This document shows positions 40,901 through 52,859 of a stretch of 64,000 nucleotides of DNA, piece by piece. Each line of letters starts with the position of its first letter. The first letter of the stretch is position 1. This stretch comes from Elsinoe ampelina (Eukaryota). The stretch covers positions 434,001-498,000 of the forward strand of contig ML992504.1 of the NCBI GenBank assembly GCA_010093995.1, given 5' to 3'. The position numbers and the translations under genes were made by a program. The notes under the pieces are model-generated. The model searched no databases. It was not told the origin of the DNA and saw nothing but the letters and a program-made list of their open reading frames with translations.

Positions 40901-42167
40901 GTTATTAGTTATAAAGTAGCCTATTTACTCTTAGAGATTATAGTAAGAAATTACTAAGCCTATTATCTCTGCCAAATTTAATCTAGTATAATAGCTAGCT
41001 TACTAAGGGAGAGCTAGTAAAGTAGTTATTAGCTTACTATTATAATTAATAAAGTAAGTAATAATACTAAGAAGCGCTAGCTTATTCCTTAAGGTCTAGA
41101 GGTTAAAGGAGATATTAATCTTTATAGCTACTAAGATAAGAAGCTTAGTTAGCACTCTAAGCTACTAGTTATATATCCTTCTAATCGTCTAGCTAATAGT
41201 CTAATATAAGGGGAGAAGTACTCTTAAGCGTAGCTAGAGGTACTAAAGTAGCTAATAGAAGACTAGTAACTCTACCTTTCTAAAAGGCATATTATTCGCT
41301 AAGATCTCTAAATATAGAAGTACTTAAAATTAACTTCTATTAAAGCTAGCTACTTACTTACTCTTAATACTTAAGAGCAAATTAGTACTATTACTTATAT
41401 ATTTATAAAGAGTCTTACGCTTCCTTAAAGGCTATAGTATTAGTAGGCTATTAGGTCTAATTAAGTGCTAGTTCTTAAGATAGTAGAGTATAGAGGAGGT
41501 TATAGAGGAGGTCTTAAAAAGGTAATTCTTAGTAGCCTTCCTTATATAGTAGTCTTTACATAACTAATATAATTTTAAGTCCTTCTAGACTCTCTAACTA
41601 AGCCTCTAGATAGGCGCTCTTACTTTCCTATTATTATTAGGTACTAAATAGCCTCTAGGGAGGTATTACTATATAAGTCCCTTATATCTTTAGAGGTTAG
41701 ATTCTAGTAAATTATCTACCTCTTATATAAGGCTATAGAAGTTATTTTTGCGCTAGAATTTGCTCGGAATATATAATTCTAAGGTTGCTAAATCTAATAG
41801 AATATTACTAAAGTCTTTAGAGGCTATAGTAGTAGAGCTATAATTTAGTAAAGTAGTGTTAGTATCTTATTTACAAGGCGGAGAAGGATTTAAGTAAATA
41901 TCTTAGCCCGATAGTAACTCTTCTAATTAGTGTAGATCTATCTATACTACTTCTTAGCCTAACTTACTATCTAAGTCGTATCTATCTTACTATAACTATA
42001 TAAGCACCTATACTACTAATTATCTATTATACTAAGCTAATAAATAAACTAATTAATTAATAAGGAGCTTAATTATTTATTTATAACTATAGCGCTATTT
42101 GTTTGTTTATAGTTTATAAGTAATTTAAGCAATTATAATTAAAATAATTTGTTTATAGACTAGTCTA

Positions 42168-42441
42168 GATACTTACTCTAGCTTCGAGTAAGATTTCTAG
42201 AACTTGCAAATTATATAACCTAGTAGCCTAGTATAGTGTAGTACTAACACGTAATAGCATTTCTAGAACGATTGTCTAGGCTATAGTACGTAGCTCATTT
42301 TAGTCCTTATACTAAGCGAGGCTTATATTAAGACTCGAGACATTACATTTAATAGCATTTTTATAGTAAATGCTAAGTTCTATAATGTAGTTAATGTTCT
42401 TCTCTTCTATCTCTCTAAATTTCTCTACACTTTGCTTAATT
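42168..42441 (-). pseudogene. RIP-mutated internal fragment of the NLR ankyrin exon, trapped between hAT-A and the Gypsy element
   Basis: 90 codons, in frame with both neighbours; ends STTLY*ATRLYNLQVLEILLEARVSI, an ankyrin repeat (de-RIP GTALHQAARLHNLQVLEILLEAGASI) that continues as NFTNED at 9914. Confidence 0.9.
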
Positions 42442-42633
42442 TAATTACAACTAGTAAGACAAGAGGTTAATTACGTCTATTCGTTAAGATATTAAGACTT
42501 AGAAGAAGAAGAAGAAAAGCTAGTATATAAAGCACGCGTAATATCGAGGGTAGAGTAGCCGGAAGCCCGGGCTACGATGCTAAGATTATGTAATTAATCT
42601 AAACTATATCTAGTTCGTATCTATCTTATATTA
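42442..42633 (-). repeat. 3' LTR (heavily RIP-mutated)
   Basis: Colinear with 48459-48650; ~30 differences, all C->T or G->A in this copy. Confidence 0.95.
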
Positions 42634-45600
42634 CTACTCTCTCTCTTAAGCGCGTTTACTCTTAAACGCTATTATACATTATTTATTAATCTATTTCGGC
42701 CTTAGCTTATCCGTATAAGAGTCTAGATAGTTACGTAGTACGTTAGCTACTCCTTTAAGATTGTTAATTAGCTACTAGGTAAGATTCTCTAGATAGCTCT
42801 TCTAGCTTATATAAGTAACTAACTTCCCTTGTAGTAAGTATACGTTAATTACGTTATTTACTTTATACTTCTCTTTACTATCGACCTCTATCGGAGGTAG
42901 TTCTTTAAAGGCTTAGCCCGGTAAGGGGTTATTTAGATGTTTAGTAAGTAGGTTAGCGTAAAACACTAGGTAAATTCTTTATAGAGAGGCTAGTAAATCG
43001 AGCTTATATACTAGTAGTAATCGTTTCTTAAGGATCTTATAGGGACCTACATGCTTTAGTAGTAGCTTTAGATTGCTCTATAGCTAGAGGTTCTTCGTTA
43101 ATAACTATACTAAATCGCTAGCTTCGAACTCTATTAGCTAGCGGTGTTTATTAGCTTATTCTACTATTCGTGACTAAGCAATAGTAAGGTTAGCTTTAGT
43201 AATAGCTAGTGCTTCTTCTAGTTACTTAGTAAGTGCGCGAATGTCGACCTTATTTAGCTTAGCTCTTATTAACGGTGCGTTAAAAGGGAGCTAGAAGCTT
43301 AGCCTTAGCTTATATCCTCTAGTGACTTTAAATAGCAATAGTTTAGTACTCTCTAATAGGTTAACGTTAGCGGAGAATTCTGCAACTAGTAGAACAAGTG
43401 TCTAATTGCTAAAGCGTATAGCATATAAACGAATAACTTACTCGAACTTGCGATTTATAACCTCTAATTAGCTATCTATTTATAGATGCCCTATAGTAGA
43501 CAGTTTAGTAGTAATCTTTAGGATTTAGTAGAGCCTTTTCTATACGTCGCTAACAAACTAAGGGCTGCGATCTAAGGTAATACTATCTAGTAGACTATAT
43601 AGTTTCCACACGTAGAAGAATAATAGCTTAGTAGTCTTAAACGCTAAAGTGCCGCCTTCTCCGGCGAAGTATAGGATTAAGTGCTATTCCTTAGATAGAT
43701 AGTCGACAATATAGAGCACTACGTTACAACTGTCTACTAAGAGTAGACTAGTAACGAAGTCTATAGTAATATATTACTATAGTCTTACCGGAATAGGTAA
43801 TAGTAATAGAAGGCTAGCTAGTAAGCCGTAGTAAGCCTTTAAGCGCTTATAGTTATAACAGTTAGCGACGAATCTCTTAACGTTAGAATCGCACCTAGGG
43901 ATATAGAAAGTAGACTTAATTATAGTAGCTATCTTAGTAGCTTCTCCGTGTGTGTAATTCTTCGATGTATAGACTTCTTAGATAACTTTTGTAGCTATAG
44001 AGAAAGGCACGATTAATTAGCTAGTAGCGTATAGTATTCTCTTCTTAATTATAACATTAGTCGACGGCAGCTATTTCCTCTTTAGGAAGGCCTCTATTAT
44101 ATAGTAGATGCCGCGAACTGTTTCGAAGTTAGAGTCTCGTAAGTTAGCTTTAGCTACTTCGTCGAATAATAGTAAAGTTTACTCTCCTAAGGTCGAAATA
44201 GGTGCTATATAGGTGCCTAGCTCGCGAGCCGAAATAGGTAGCGAAATAGGTAGTGAAACAGGTAACGAACTAGACGGCGAACTAGTTCGCGAACTAGATA
44301 CTAAAGTAGATCTTAGTTCGGCTTAGATTAGTAATCTAGTTCGGATGCGACCTAGATTTAGTTCGTTAATAATGCGCTAATCTAGCACCTTATATAGTAG
44401 CAGTGTCTAGCGTAGATTAGAGTCTTCTTTCGAACGTAGTATATCTCCGTTCCTCCTTATAAGTACGTTAGCCTTGCCGTTAGCAGCGCTAGGCCTATAT
44501 ATAATCTTAAAGTTAAACTATATAAGGTAGAGAGCCTAGCGCACTTAGTAGCGTAATAGCTTCTAAGTCTTTATAAAGTACATTAAGGATTAGTAGTCGG
44601 TAAGAACGTAGATAGCTTTATCGAATTAAGTGCTTATAAGCTTAGGGGCCTACTCCTTAAAGGCTTAGACGATAGCTAATAGTTCCTTATCGTAGATAGC
44701 GTAGTTATATTTAGCTTCGCTTATAGATTTACTAAAGAAGGTAATAGGCTAGAGAACGTTAGACTTATTATATTATAACAGAATTCTAGTAGTAGTTATG
44801 TTAGAGGCGTTAGTCTTAATAACTACTTACTTCGAGCGATTAAAGTGCGCTAAGATAGAGACACTTATAATAGTATACTTTATATAGTTAAACGTAGTAG
44901 TACACTTATTATTCTATAGCGTAGCGTTCTTCTTAAGTAGGTCGTTTAACAGCTTAGCGATAGTACTAAATCCCTTAATAAAGCGGCGATAGTAGCTATA
45001 GAAACTAATAAAGCTTCTTACCTAAGTAGTGTTACTAGGGGCTAGTTATTTCTAGGCTTGTATAGCTTCGACCTTCTTTAGATCTATCTTAACTCTATCT
45101 CGACTAATAATAATACTAAGATACTTTACTTCTGTTAGGTAGAACTTACTCTTCTTAATATTAGCGTTTAGGCCTAATTCGTAGAGCTATTAGAGCACTA
45201 GCTTAATATGCTTAGTGTGCTCTTAGTAAGAGCCGTCGGTGTAAATAAGAATATTATCGAGGTAGATTAATACAAAGCGCTCTAGCATATCGACAAAGTT
45301 ATAATTTATAAACCTCTACTATACTATAGAGGCGTTAGTAAGGCCGAATAGCATTACTAGCTACTTAAAGTTGCCTATACATATAAAGAACATAGTAAAG
45401 TCTTCGCTATCGATAGAGTTATAGAGGCAGTAGAAGGCTTAGTAGATGTTAATCTTACTAAACTATTTAGCTTTACTTACGCGCGTAAGTGTCTCTTCGA
45501 TAAGGAGTAGCGGGTAGATATCTCGTTTAGTTACCTCGTTAAGGCTATAGTAGTCGACATAGAGACGGAGTTCTCTACCTAGCTTATAAATAAAGAGAAT

Positions 45601-48458
45601 AGGCGAGGAATAGCTAGCTAAGCTTAGCGTAACGAAACTCTTATTAAGGTACTTATAGATAAATAGCTCTACTATGTCGAGCTCCTCTAGTAATAGGCGG
45701 TAAAGGGGTTTAGTACGTAGTAGTTTAGTACTATCTTTAAGTGTAATATAGTTGTCAAAATCTAGCCGATGCTAAGGAAGCATATTAGATTATTCTTTAG
45801 AGAAGATATTAGTAAACTCTTGTAGTTCCTTAGGTAAGACTACTATAGAGTCTAGCTCTAGTTTAGAGGCTAGCCAGTAGTAATCCTTAATGTCCTTTAC
45901 TAAGATAGTAAAAACCTTATTCTCTTAGTATTTAGCTACCGATATAAAGGCAACAGCGCTAATAAAAGCGATAGTTAGTTCTTCTTATTTAGCGTTACTT
46001 ACGTAGGTAGGTACGTAGGAGAACTTATATATTAACTAAGTACTATAGGAGATTAGCTTAAACTCTCCCTAATTTAGCTTAAAGTTCGACCTAAGAGCTA
46101 GTAGCTAATATAGTCTAGTTCGTCCTAACTTAGTAGCTAAGCTAGAACTTAGTTTACGAGTTAGACTAGAACTAAACTAGTCCTAAACTAGAGCGGTAGC
46201 TTTGCCGAGCTAGATTCCTAGATCTAAGCCCGGCTTAGATCTAGATTCTAGCCTTTTAATTAGCTACGGTAGCTCCTACTTAATAACTATTAGTAAAAAC
46301 TCTTCTTTGTATATAACTTAGCTATACTTATAGTCGATAGTAGCCCTATTAGCCTTAAGCTATCTAAGGCTAAGAATAATATCGAATCGGCTAATATCTA
46401 TAATGTAGAAGGTAGTAAGGTTATTTAGCTTACCGGAAACGGTAGTAGTAAGAGAGACGCTATAAGTAACTTATTCTATTAGGACACTGTTGTAAGCCTA
46501 AAGCTAAATAGAGCTAGCTAGTGCCACGGGGCAGCCGAAGCTCTTTAGCTTATTAAGAATGTTATAATTAACTATAGCGCTAATAAGTACACTAGTATTA
46601 ATAAAGGCTTAAAGTGTAATAGTACATAAGCGGTTATAGAGGTCGTAAATAGTAATAGGAGTTATAATAGCGAGGATGTAGTAGCTAATAACGCTATTTA
46701 ATAACCGTATACCTCCGGATTTATCTCGAATTACTCTTATTCTACTAGAGGATAGAACTTGTCCTCTAGCTACTTATTTCTCTAGCCGAATAGGTCGGTA
46801 GACTCGTAATCTATTTCGGGGTCGAACTAAGGCTAAACTAGATCTAGTTTATAAGTCGAACTAGTATCGACTTAGTTACTTAATTCAGCTAAGCGTTCCT
46901 AGAGCTATTATATCTCTTCTATAGCGCTAATACGTATAGGACGTATAGTAGCGTAAGTAGCCTTCTCTAAGGCGCTAGCTATACACTTAGTAGAGATATA
47001 GCTAGGCTTACTACATACGTAATAGGTAAGTGCCTAAGTTAGATAGAAGAGCTATAGGGCTCCTCTAGTAATAGAGTAGAAGGTAGCTAGAGTAGCAGGT
47101 ATAGAGGTAGAATAAGGCACACAAATTAGTGCTATAGTAGCGCAGCTTATAACTAGCCTAGCGCGTAGAGCTTAAGTACGCTTAGTAATAAGGTTACTCT
47201 ACTAAATGTTATAGTCGGTAGTATAAGCCTTTATAATAAAGGTAGAGAGGTTATTAGTATCGAAGTTAATAAGAGTAACATGTAGCTTATTAAATATCTT
47301 CTAGCATAGCTAGTAGAGCTATTTATCCTTAGCAATCTTAGCGTAGAGAGCGTACTTATTAAATTTGCTAATAAAGGAGTTAAAAGAGATATTACGCTAG
47401 AAGAGGCTAGTAAACTAAGCGTATATAGTAGCCTTACAGTTTAGATCCTCGAAGCGCTAGGCTAAGAGGCTAAGAGCAGCTTTAGCGTTAAGAGTATCGT
47501 TACCGGCGGAGTCTATAATAAGAGTATATACTTCGCTAGAGAGACGTAAATAGAAATAGGCGAACTAAGTAGCCTCGGTAGAGAAACAGTTAGTATTAGC
47601 GTATATCTTATTCTTTATCTAGTGCTTAAAAACCTTAAACTGTTCTAGGGTGCTACTAGAGAAGATAGCGGAGTCTAGTATCTTCTTTAATAATATAACG
47701 CTATATACGGAAGAGGCTAGTATAGTATGTTCTATCTTAGCTCTTAGCTAGGCTAGTTTAGTTTTAAGTTTACTAATGTTAGTAAGGTAGCGTATAGCCT
47801 AGGTAGTAAGATTATTAGTAGTACTATTAGCTATATCTAGTTTAATAAGGACGTTATCTAACTAGTTACATAGGTTAAGAGTATTAGTATATACTAAGTT
47901 ATATATAGTAATCTATTTATTATAGGTAAACTTAATAAAGGTAAAGGCCTTACGTAGAGTAGTTATACTATCTATCTCTTATAGCCTCTTCTTAAGGTTA
48001 GTGTCGCTAAGGCAAATAAGGTTATAATAGGCTAATTAGACTAGTTTATTATTATTATTAGTAGGGGGTAAAGGAATCTTACTTACGTAGTAATTGTCTT
48101 TACTATAGTTAGAACAAGCTATACTTAGCGTAGTTAGTCGTAAATAAACAGTGTAAAAAGTCAACGCGTAATAAAGGGAATATTAAAAATTTTAGCTAGT
48201 AGTCTACTTCCTTTAAGAGTTATCTATAACTTAACTTATTACTCTCTTCTTATATCTTCGAGGTTCGCGGTATTAACCTATATAGCGGCAGTAAGGATCT
48301 ATTATAGTGTGCGCAGGAACTGCGGTTGTAATAGCTTCTTCTTTAATTCTTTAATTCTTCGTAAGTGGTAGTTATTAGTAGTTATATAAGTAGTAGAATA
48401 ACTAGATAATTTAATAGCTCTATTGCTTGGTCGCGGTCGTTTCGAAGTCTCGATATAG

Positions 48459-48650
48459 TAATTACGACCGGCAAGACAAGAGGTTAATTGCGTCTATTCG
48501 TCAAGATATCGAGACTTAGAAGAAGAAGAAGAAAAGCTAGTGTACAAAGCACGCGTGATATCGAGGGCGGAGCGGCCGGAAGCCCGGGCCGCGATGCCGA
48601 GATCACGTGATCAATCTGAACTGTATCCAGTTCGTATCCATCTCGCATCA
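48459..48650 (-). repeat. 5' LTR (almost free of RIP)
   Basis: Begins TGATGCGAGA on the minus strand; retains CpA, TpG and CpG dinucleotides. Confidence 0.95.
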
Positions 48651-51600
48651 TGATTCGCTCAACGAATTGGTCCAATTTCCATATCCTGGCGCAAGGATCA
48701 GCATCGTCGCGCTGATAGCTTTCGGTGAAGTTGGTCACAACTCCGAGCTTGATTGTAGGCTGCGAACCTGGGAAGAACACGTGATGCTGAACTTTGTCGC
48801 TCCAGACCCAGGATGCATCAACTCGCGCTCCATGCAACAATAGAACTTTAGCAGCGTCTCCATTACCGCGACCGCATGCCACTTGCAGTGCAGTTAGCCC
48901 ATCTAGGGAACCCGTGAAAGAGTCTAGCTGTGCCCCAGCGTTGATCAATAGCCGAATCAATGCTGGATCTCCGTTGTAAGAAGCTGCAGATAGTGGTGTA
49001 GCTGGATCAGTCGATACTCTCCTAGAATTGACGAGCTTCTTCGGATCGTCACTGCTAGCAGTGATTCTGGCAACCCAGTCCTTTCGACCGCGTTCGACTG
49101 CGCTCACCATTGCGCTGCCACGTAAATACGGCGAACGTGCGGCCGGCAAGAGTAGTGTCACAACAGCGTCGTGACCATTTCTTATGGCTTCAGACAGAGC
49201 TGAACGATGATCCGAGTTGACCTCCCGGTCCGTGGCACCGTAGGACTGTAGTAGAGCTGCCAAATGTACATGGCCACTTCTAGCAGCTACCAACAAAGGG
49301 AAATCACCATCCTCCAGGCCATTGATAGTAAAAACACCAACATCTTTCCTGTAGGCAGCGTCCACTTCCGCGCCGTGATCAAGGAGAAATTGGACGACCT
49401 TGCAATCGCCAGCGACTGCGGCAAAGACAAGCGGAACACAAGGTCGAAACCCCGGAGGATTGTGATCCGGCCGGGCACCTTGCTTGAACAGACGCTGTAT
49501 GAACTCTATCCTTCCTCTAAGGGCGAAGCATTCCATTGCATAGGGAAGACCATAATCAAGCCTGTCGTTACCCTCCACTTCAGCGTTTATGATAGCATTT
49601 ATGATATCATTAGAACCACGGAACGCAGCAAGGCTTAAGCAACCTTCCAACTTGGTGCCCCACCGAAGCAGAAGACATGCTAGTTCAGAAGAGCCTGTCA
49701 TGATGGCCACGAACATGGCGGGTCGAGGGCTGCTGAAGACGGCGTCGTATAACTGCACATTGGCATTCGCACCGTTCTCGAGAAGTAATTTGATGATGAG
49801 TAATCTCTCCGAGTCGTGATAATCGGGTCTCAGGCGGAATTGGGTCATAGCATACTGTAAAAGAGTCCCACGCTCTCCGGATAACACGTCGATCGCTGCA
49901 CCATGCGAGACGAGATGCTCGACCACAGTCAAGTGTGCACCCCAACAAGCCAGAGCGAGAGGGCGACCCAGGTTACCGCAGCCTTCGCAAGCTTCAATAT
50001 CTGCTCCGGCGCGAAGGAGGACTTTCACGACTTCCAGGTGACCTTGAAGACTTGCTATCTGCAGAAGCGTCCCGAAAAACCCGTGCCTAGTGTCTCGATT
50101 CTCTTCTAGTCTCACGAGGTCAGATATGAATGCATCAGCACCAGTCGCACACAGTAAATGGACGAGCGATAGTGGCGTATCAGGCCATTCGGACCAGTCT
50201 CGATCTGTTGTCAGACCAGCCAGAGAGAACCCGAAAATCCGGCCGGCATTCCTGTAAGGTACATTGGCGAACGTTAAGCGATATGAATTAGGACAGTGAT
50301 CTCCCAAATAGATCAATGATTTTGACAACTTGTCGTCCACGAAGCGCGCTCTCTTGACGTGATGGATCCAGTAACGCGCGGCGTACCATGCGAAGCGGAA
50401 ACCTGGCACCAATGAACCAGTCTCGCTACATGCCGCAGGATCTAGGAACTTTAGCTAAGTGACACAAAGAGCAGCAACATGGTAGTGACCGCTGTCGGGC
50501 TCAAAGCAGACCGACCTCTGTGGCGTTGGAGAAGCCAACAGGTATTCTCGTACCGACAGGTGGGCCAATTGAACTTTATGATGGTGCATCACGAATCCAG
50601 ACCAGTCCCCCACAACAGAAATGAGCGTAGGACACAACTCCAGCGCATCCTCGGGACGAAAAAGTAGCCCTGTCCAGTCAAACTTCCATTCTCCAGAAAG
50701 ATCTACGGCAAGGGCATCCGTAACTTCAGCGAGTGTAAGAGGCTCTCTTGCCCACAGCAGAAGCTGTAACAAGGAGTGGACTTGATTCCAGTCTTCCGAC
50801 TTTACGCTCCGCAACGACCTATCATACGTTTCCTGCAAGGTTGATGGCAGGGAGTCGATGGCGTATCTCAAAGTTTTCAAATTCTTGCATAGTCGTAATG
50901 CTTCGATCTGACAAGCCACCCAGCGGAACCTTCTATGTATTAGCGGGGAAGATCATGAAGCAATACGGCGGCTTACATGCCGCCCGCCTTGGCGAGAAGC
51001 TTTTGTTCGATTTCCGCTTGCACCGCTGGTCGATCCTGCAATCTCCTGAGCAGTTCTTGGTCTGAACGGACTACATGCTGCACGTAAGCATGGATATCAC
51101 CATTGACAGCATGTTTGTCTAGATCTTTGATGCAGTCCTCTTGCGAGCTAATCGTCTTGACTTCGAATTCGATGAGTGGTCGAGGTTGAGCAGTCAGCAG
51201 TATTTTGACTGGACAATTGATTTTATATAAATGCCCGATAAAATTCAGGACCAAGGCCTGCTCTTGACACTCGTCCACGGCGTCCAGGATCAGGGTGATG
51301 GACCCCTGAAGGCTGACACAATCCAGAACGAGAGTCTTAAGTTTGTCGTCCGAAGGCTGAGCTTCCCAAGCCGACTTGTGCTCCGACTGGAGATGAGTTC
51401 TTACTGCGTCGCTGTTGTGGCTCATTTGCAATAGCAAGCATCTCAGTAAGCCAGATAGATCTTGCTTGGCTTTGTTGGTGAAGGAGAAGTAGTAATAGCA
51501 GAGCCTCGAAGACATTGCAGGGTCAGTCTGCTGCTGCTCCACAATCGTCGATGACAGTACTGTTTTTCCGCACCCAGAGGTACCTCGCAACCATAAGACA

Positions 51601-52859
51601 TCGTCTCGGCTAGAAGACCAGCGAACGTAGCGAGGATCTTGTAGCAGCCAGTTTCCTGTCCCGATGTGACGTTGTTTCCTCGCTTGATTGAAATTTATGG
51701 AGGGGTCGGGTGCATCCAGCCAGGCCTCCATTGCAACTTTCTGCCGAGCTGAAGTGATATCATCGATCTTGTCGGCAGTGGTTTCTGCCAGGACTTTCGT
51801 CTGACTGACATCTTTCGCCACTGTCCTTGTCAGCCTTGCACCGAGTTTTCAAAGAGAAGTTCTACCAGACTGCAGCACCCCAGCGATCGAGGGCAAAGCC
51901 TCGATCGCTGGCGCCGGTATCTCGAGCAGCAGCTCACGGGCATATCCAGCTGCTGCCATGGCTGCGTAGCCTTGCCATAATTTGTTCTTATGGGTGTCGC
52001 AATAATCGCAGATGCCGCGGATGACGATACAGGGAAATATGTCCATAAGGCCCGCAGCTTCCATCTCCACACAGAGCACACCTTCGCCGGATAATCGATC
52101 TCGCCTCGTGGCGCTCCTGATCAGGGTATTTCCAGAGGCAATCAGGCCATAGTGGATTGCAGGATCCTGCCGAGCATGCCGTTCACTACGAGCTGTGCGC
52201 TCGACGAGGCACTCCTCTGCACCGTGCTTGCAGACGGCGCAATCGTTCTTTTCTGAATGCAAATAGTCTGGTTTGGCAAGTCTGTCGGTGTCTAAAAGCG
52301 GTCGGCTGAACTCCTTTTGAAAGTCGGGCATTGCAGCCTCGAGCCTCTTCAAGAGATCGTCATGCAACTCATGACCTTTCCGGCGGTGTCGTCCATGGAG
52401 AGAATTCACCTTGGTGAGGAGGGCTAGTGGCGGCTGATTGAGATGACCAGTCCTTCGAAATCCAGTTGCCTGCTCGTACCGACCCATGTCGTACTGGATC
52501 ACTCCGCCGTGCCCCTTCCTGGGCAGGGAGACCACAACATCACCAAGTCTGATGTCAGCCTCCGCACTTGGAATACCGCCGCCAATTCCGACCATGAAAC
52601 CGAAGCGGACATTTGGAAAGGTTCTCAGCAGGTTTGACGCAACAGCGGTGGCGGAAGTGGTGCCGTATTTACCGCCGGGCAATACTGCAACGACGACATT
52701 GTGAGGGCCAACGCGTCCGAGTACGTACGAATTGATGTCTTCCGCAGCTTGCACGTCCGGCGGTCCGAATTCTTCATCGAGTGTTAGACAGGCGGCATCA
52801 AATTCGTTATCCAGTGCGCAGATCCAGGCGATGGTGAATTGTGACGGGTCTGGAGCCAT
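48651..52859 (-). pseudogene. Fungal NLR-like gene, PNP_UDP_1-NACHT-WHD-ankyrin (5' part). Introns at 51821-51865 and 50930-50976; in-frame TAG at 50455-50457; interrupted by the LTR element at 48650
   Basis: PNP domain (IAWICAL, VGIGGG, VEMEAAG, IRGICDYCDTHKNKLWQGYAA); Walker A GTSGCGKT; Walker B LILDAVDEC; GMFRWVACQ rebuilt by splicing; LP.TL.ETY, VQLAHLSVREYL, YAARYW; many ankyrin repeats. Confidence 0.92.

Larger units (their letters stand above)
9923..42167 (-). mobile_element. hAT DNA transposon A (~2.8 kb of own sequence: 9923-10576 and 40056-42167), RIP-inactivated, carrying nested insertions
   Basis: Left TIR CAGACTGGTCCACAAACAAA (9923) matches the reverse complement of the right end, TAGACTAGTCTATAAACAAA (ends 42167). 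8-bp TSD GATACTTG (9915-9922) / GATACTTA (42168-42175). Relict transposase: DINTC*NS (=DxxTRWNS, ~40535-40560) and dimerisation motif ALDIF...AM.DA.ERLFS (~10220-10290). Confidence 0.92.
9923..48650. other. AT-rich RIP-mutated transposon block
   Basis: Abrupt drop in GC; excess TpA and near absence of CpA/TpG; relict ORFs broken by TAA/TAG at Gln/Trp positions; edges coincide with TE termini. Confidence 0.97.
42442..48650 (-). mobile_element. Full-length Ty3/Gypsy chromovirus LTR retrotransposon (6.2 kb), RIP-inactivated
   Basis: 192-bp LTRs at 42442-42633 and 48459-48650; 5-bp TSD TAATT/TGATT; polypurine tract at ~42634-42650 (minus strand). Relict gag CCHC knuckle (~46980-47025), RT YLDN (=YLDD, ~45253-45264), RNase H, integrase, HPVFH motif and chromodomain (~42720-42975). 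Confidence 0.95.

Noticed and set aside
48484..50412. Stand-alone 642-aa ankyrin membrane protein
   Set aside because: Starts at TTG just after an internal nonsense codon and ends in LTR sequence; it is part of the NLR.
9923..52859. Starship-type giant transposon carrying an NLR
   Set aside because: No DUF3435 tyrosine-recombinase captain recognised. The block is fully explained by hAT, Plavaka and Gypsy termini, and the NLR is the target, not cargo.
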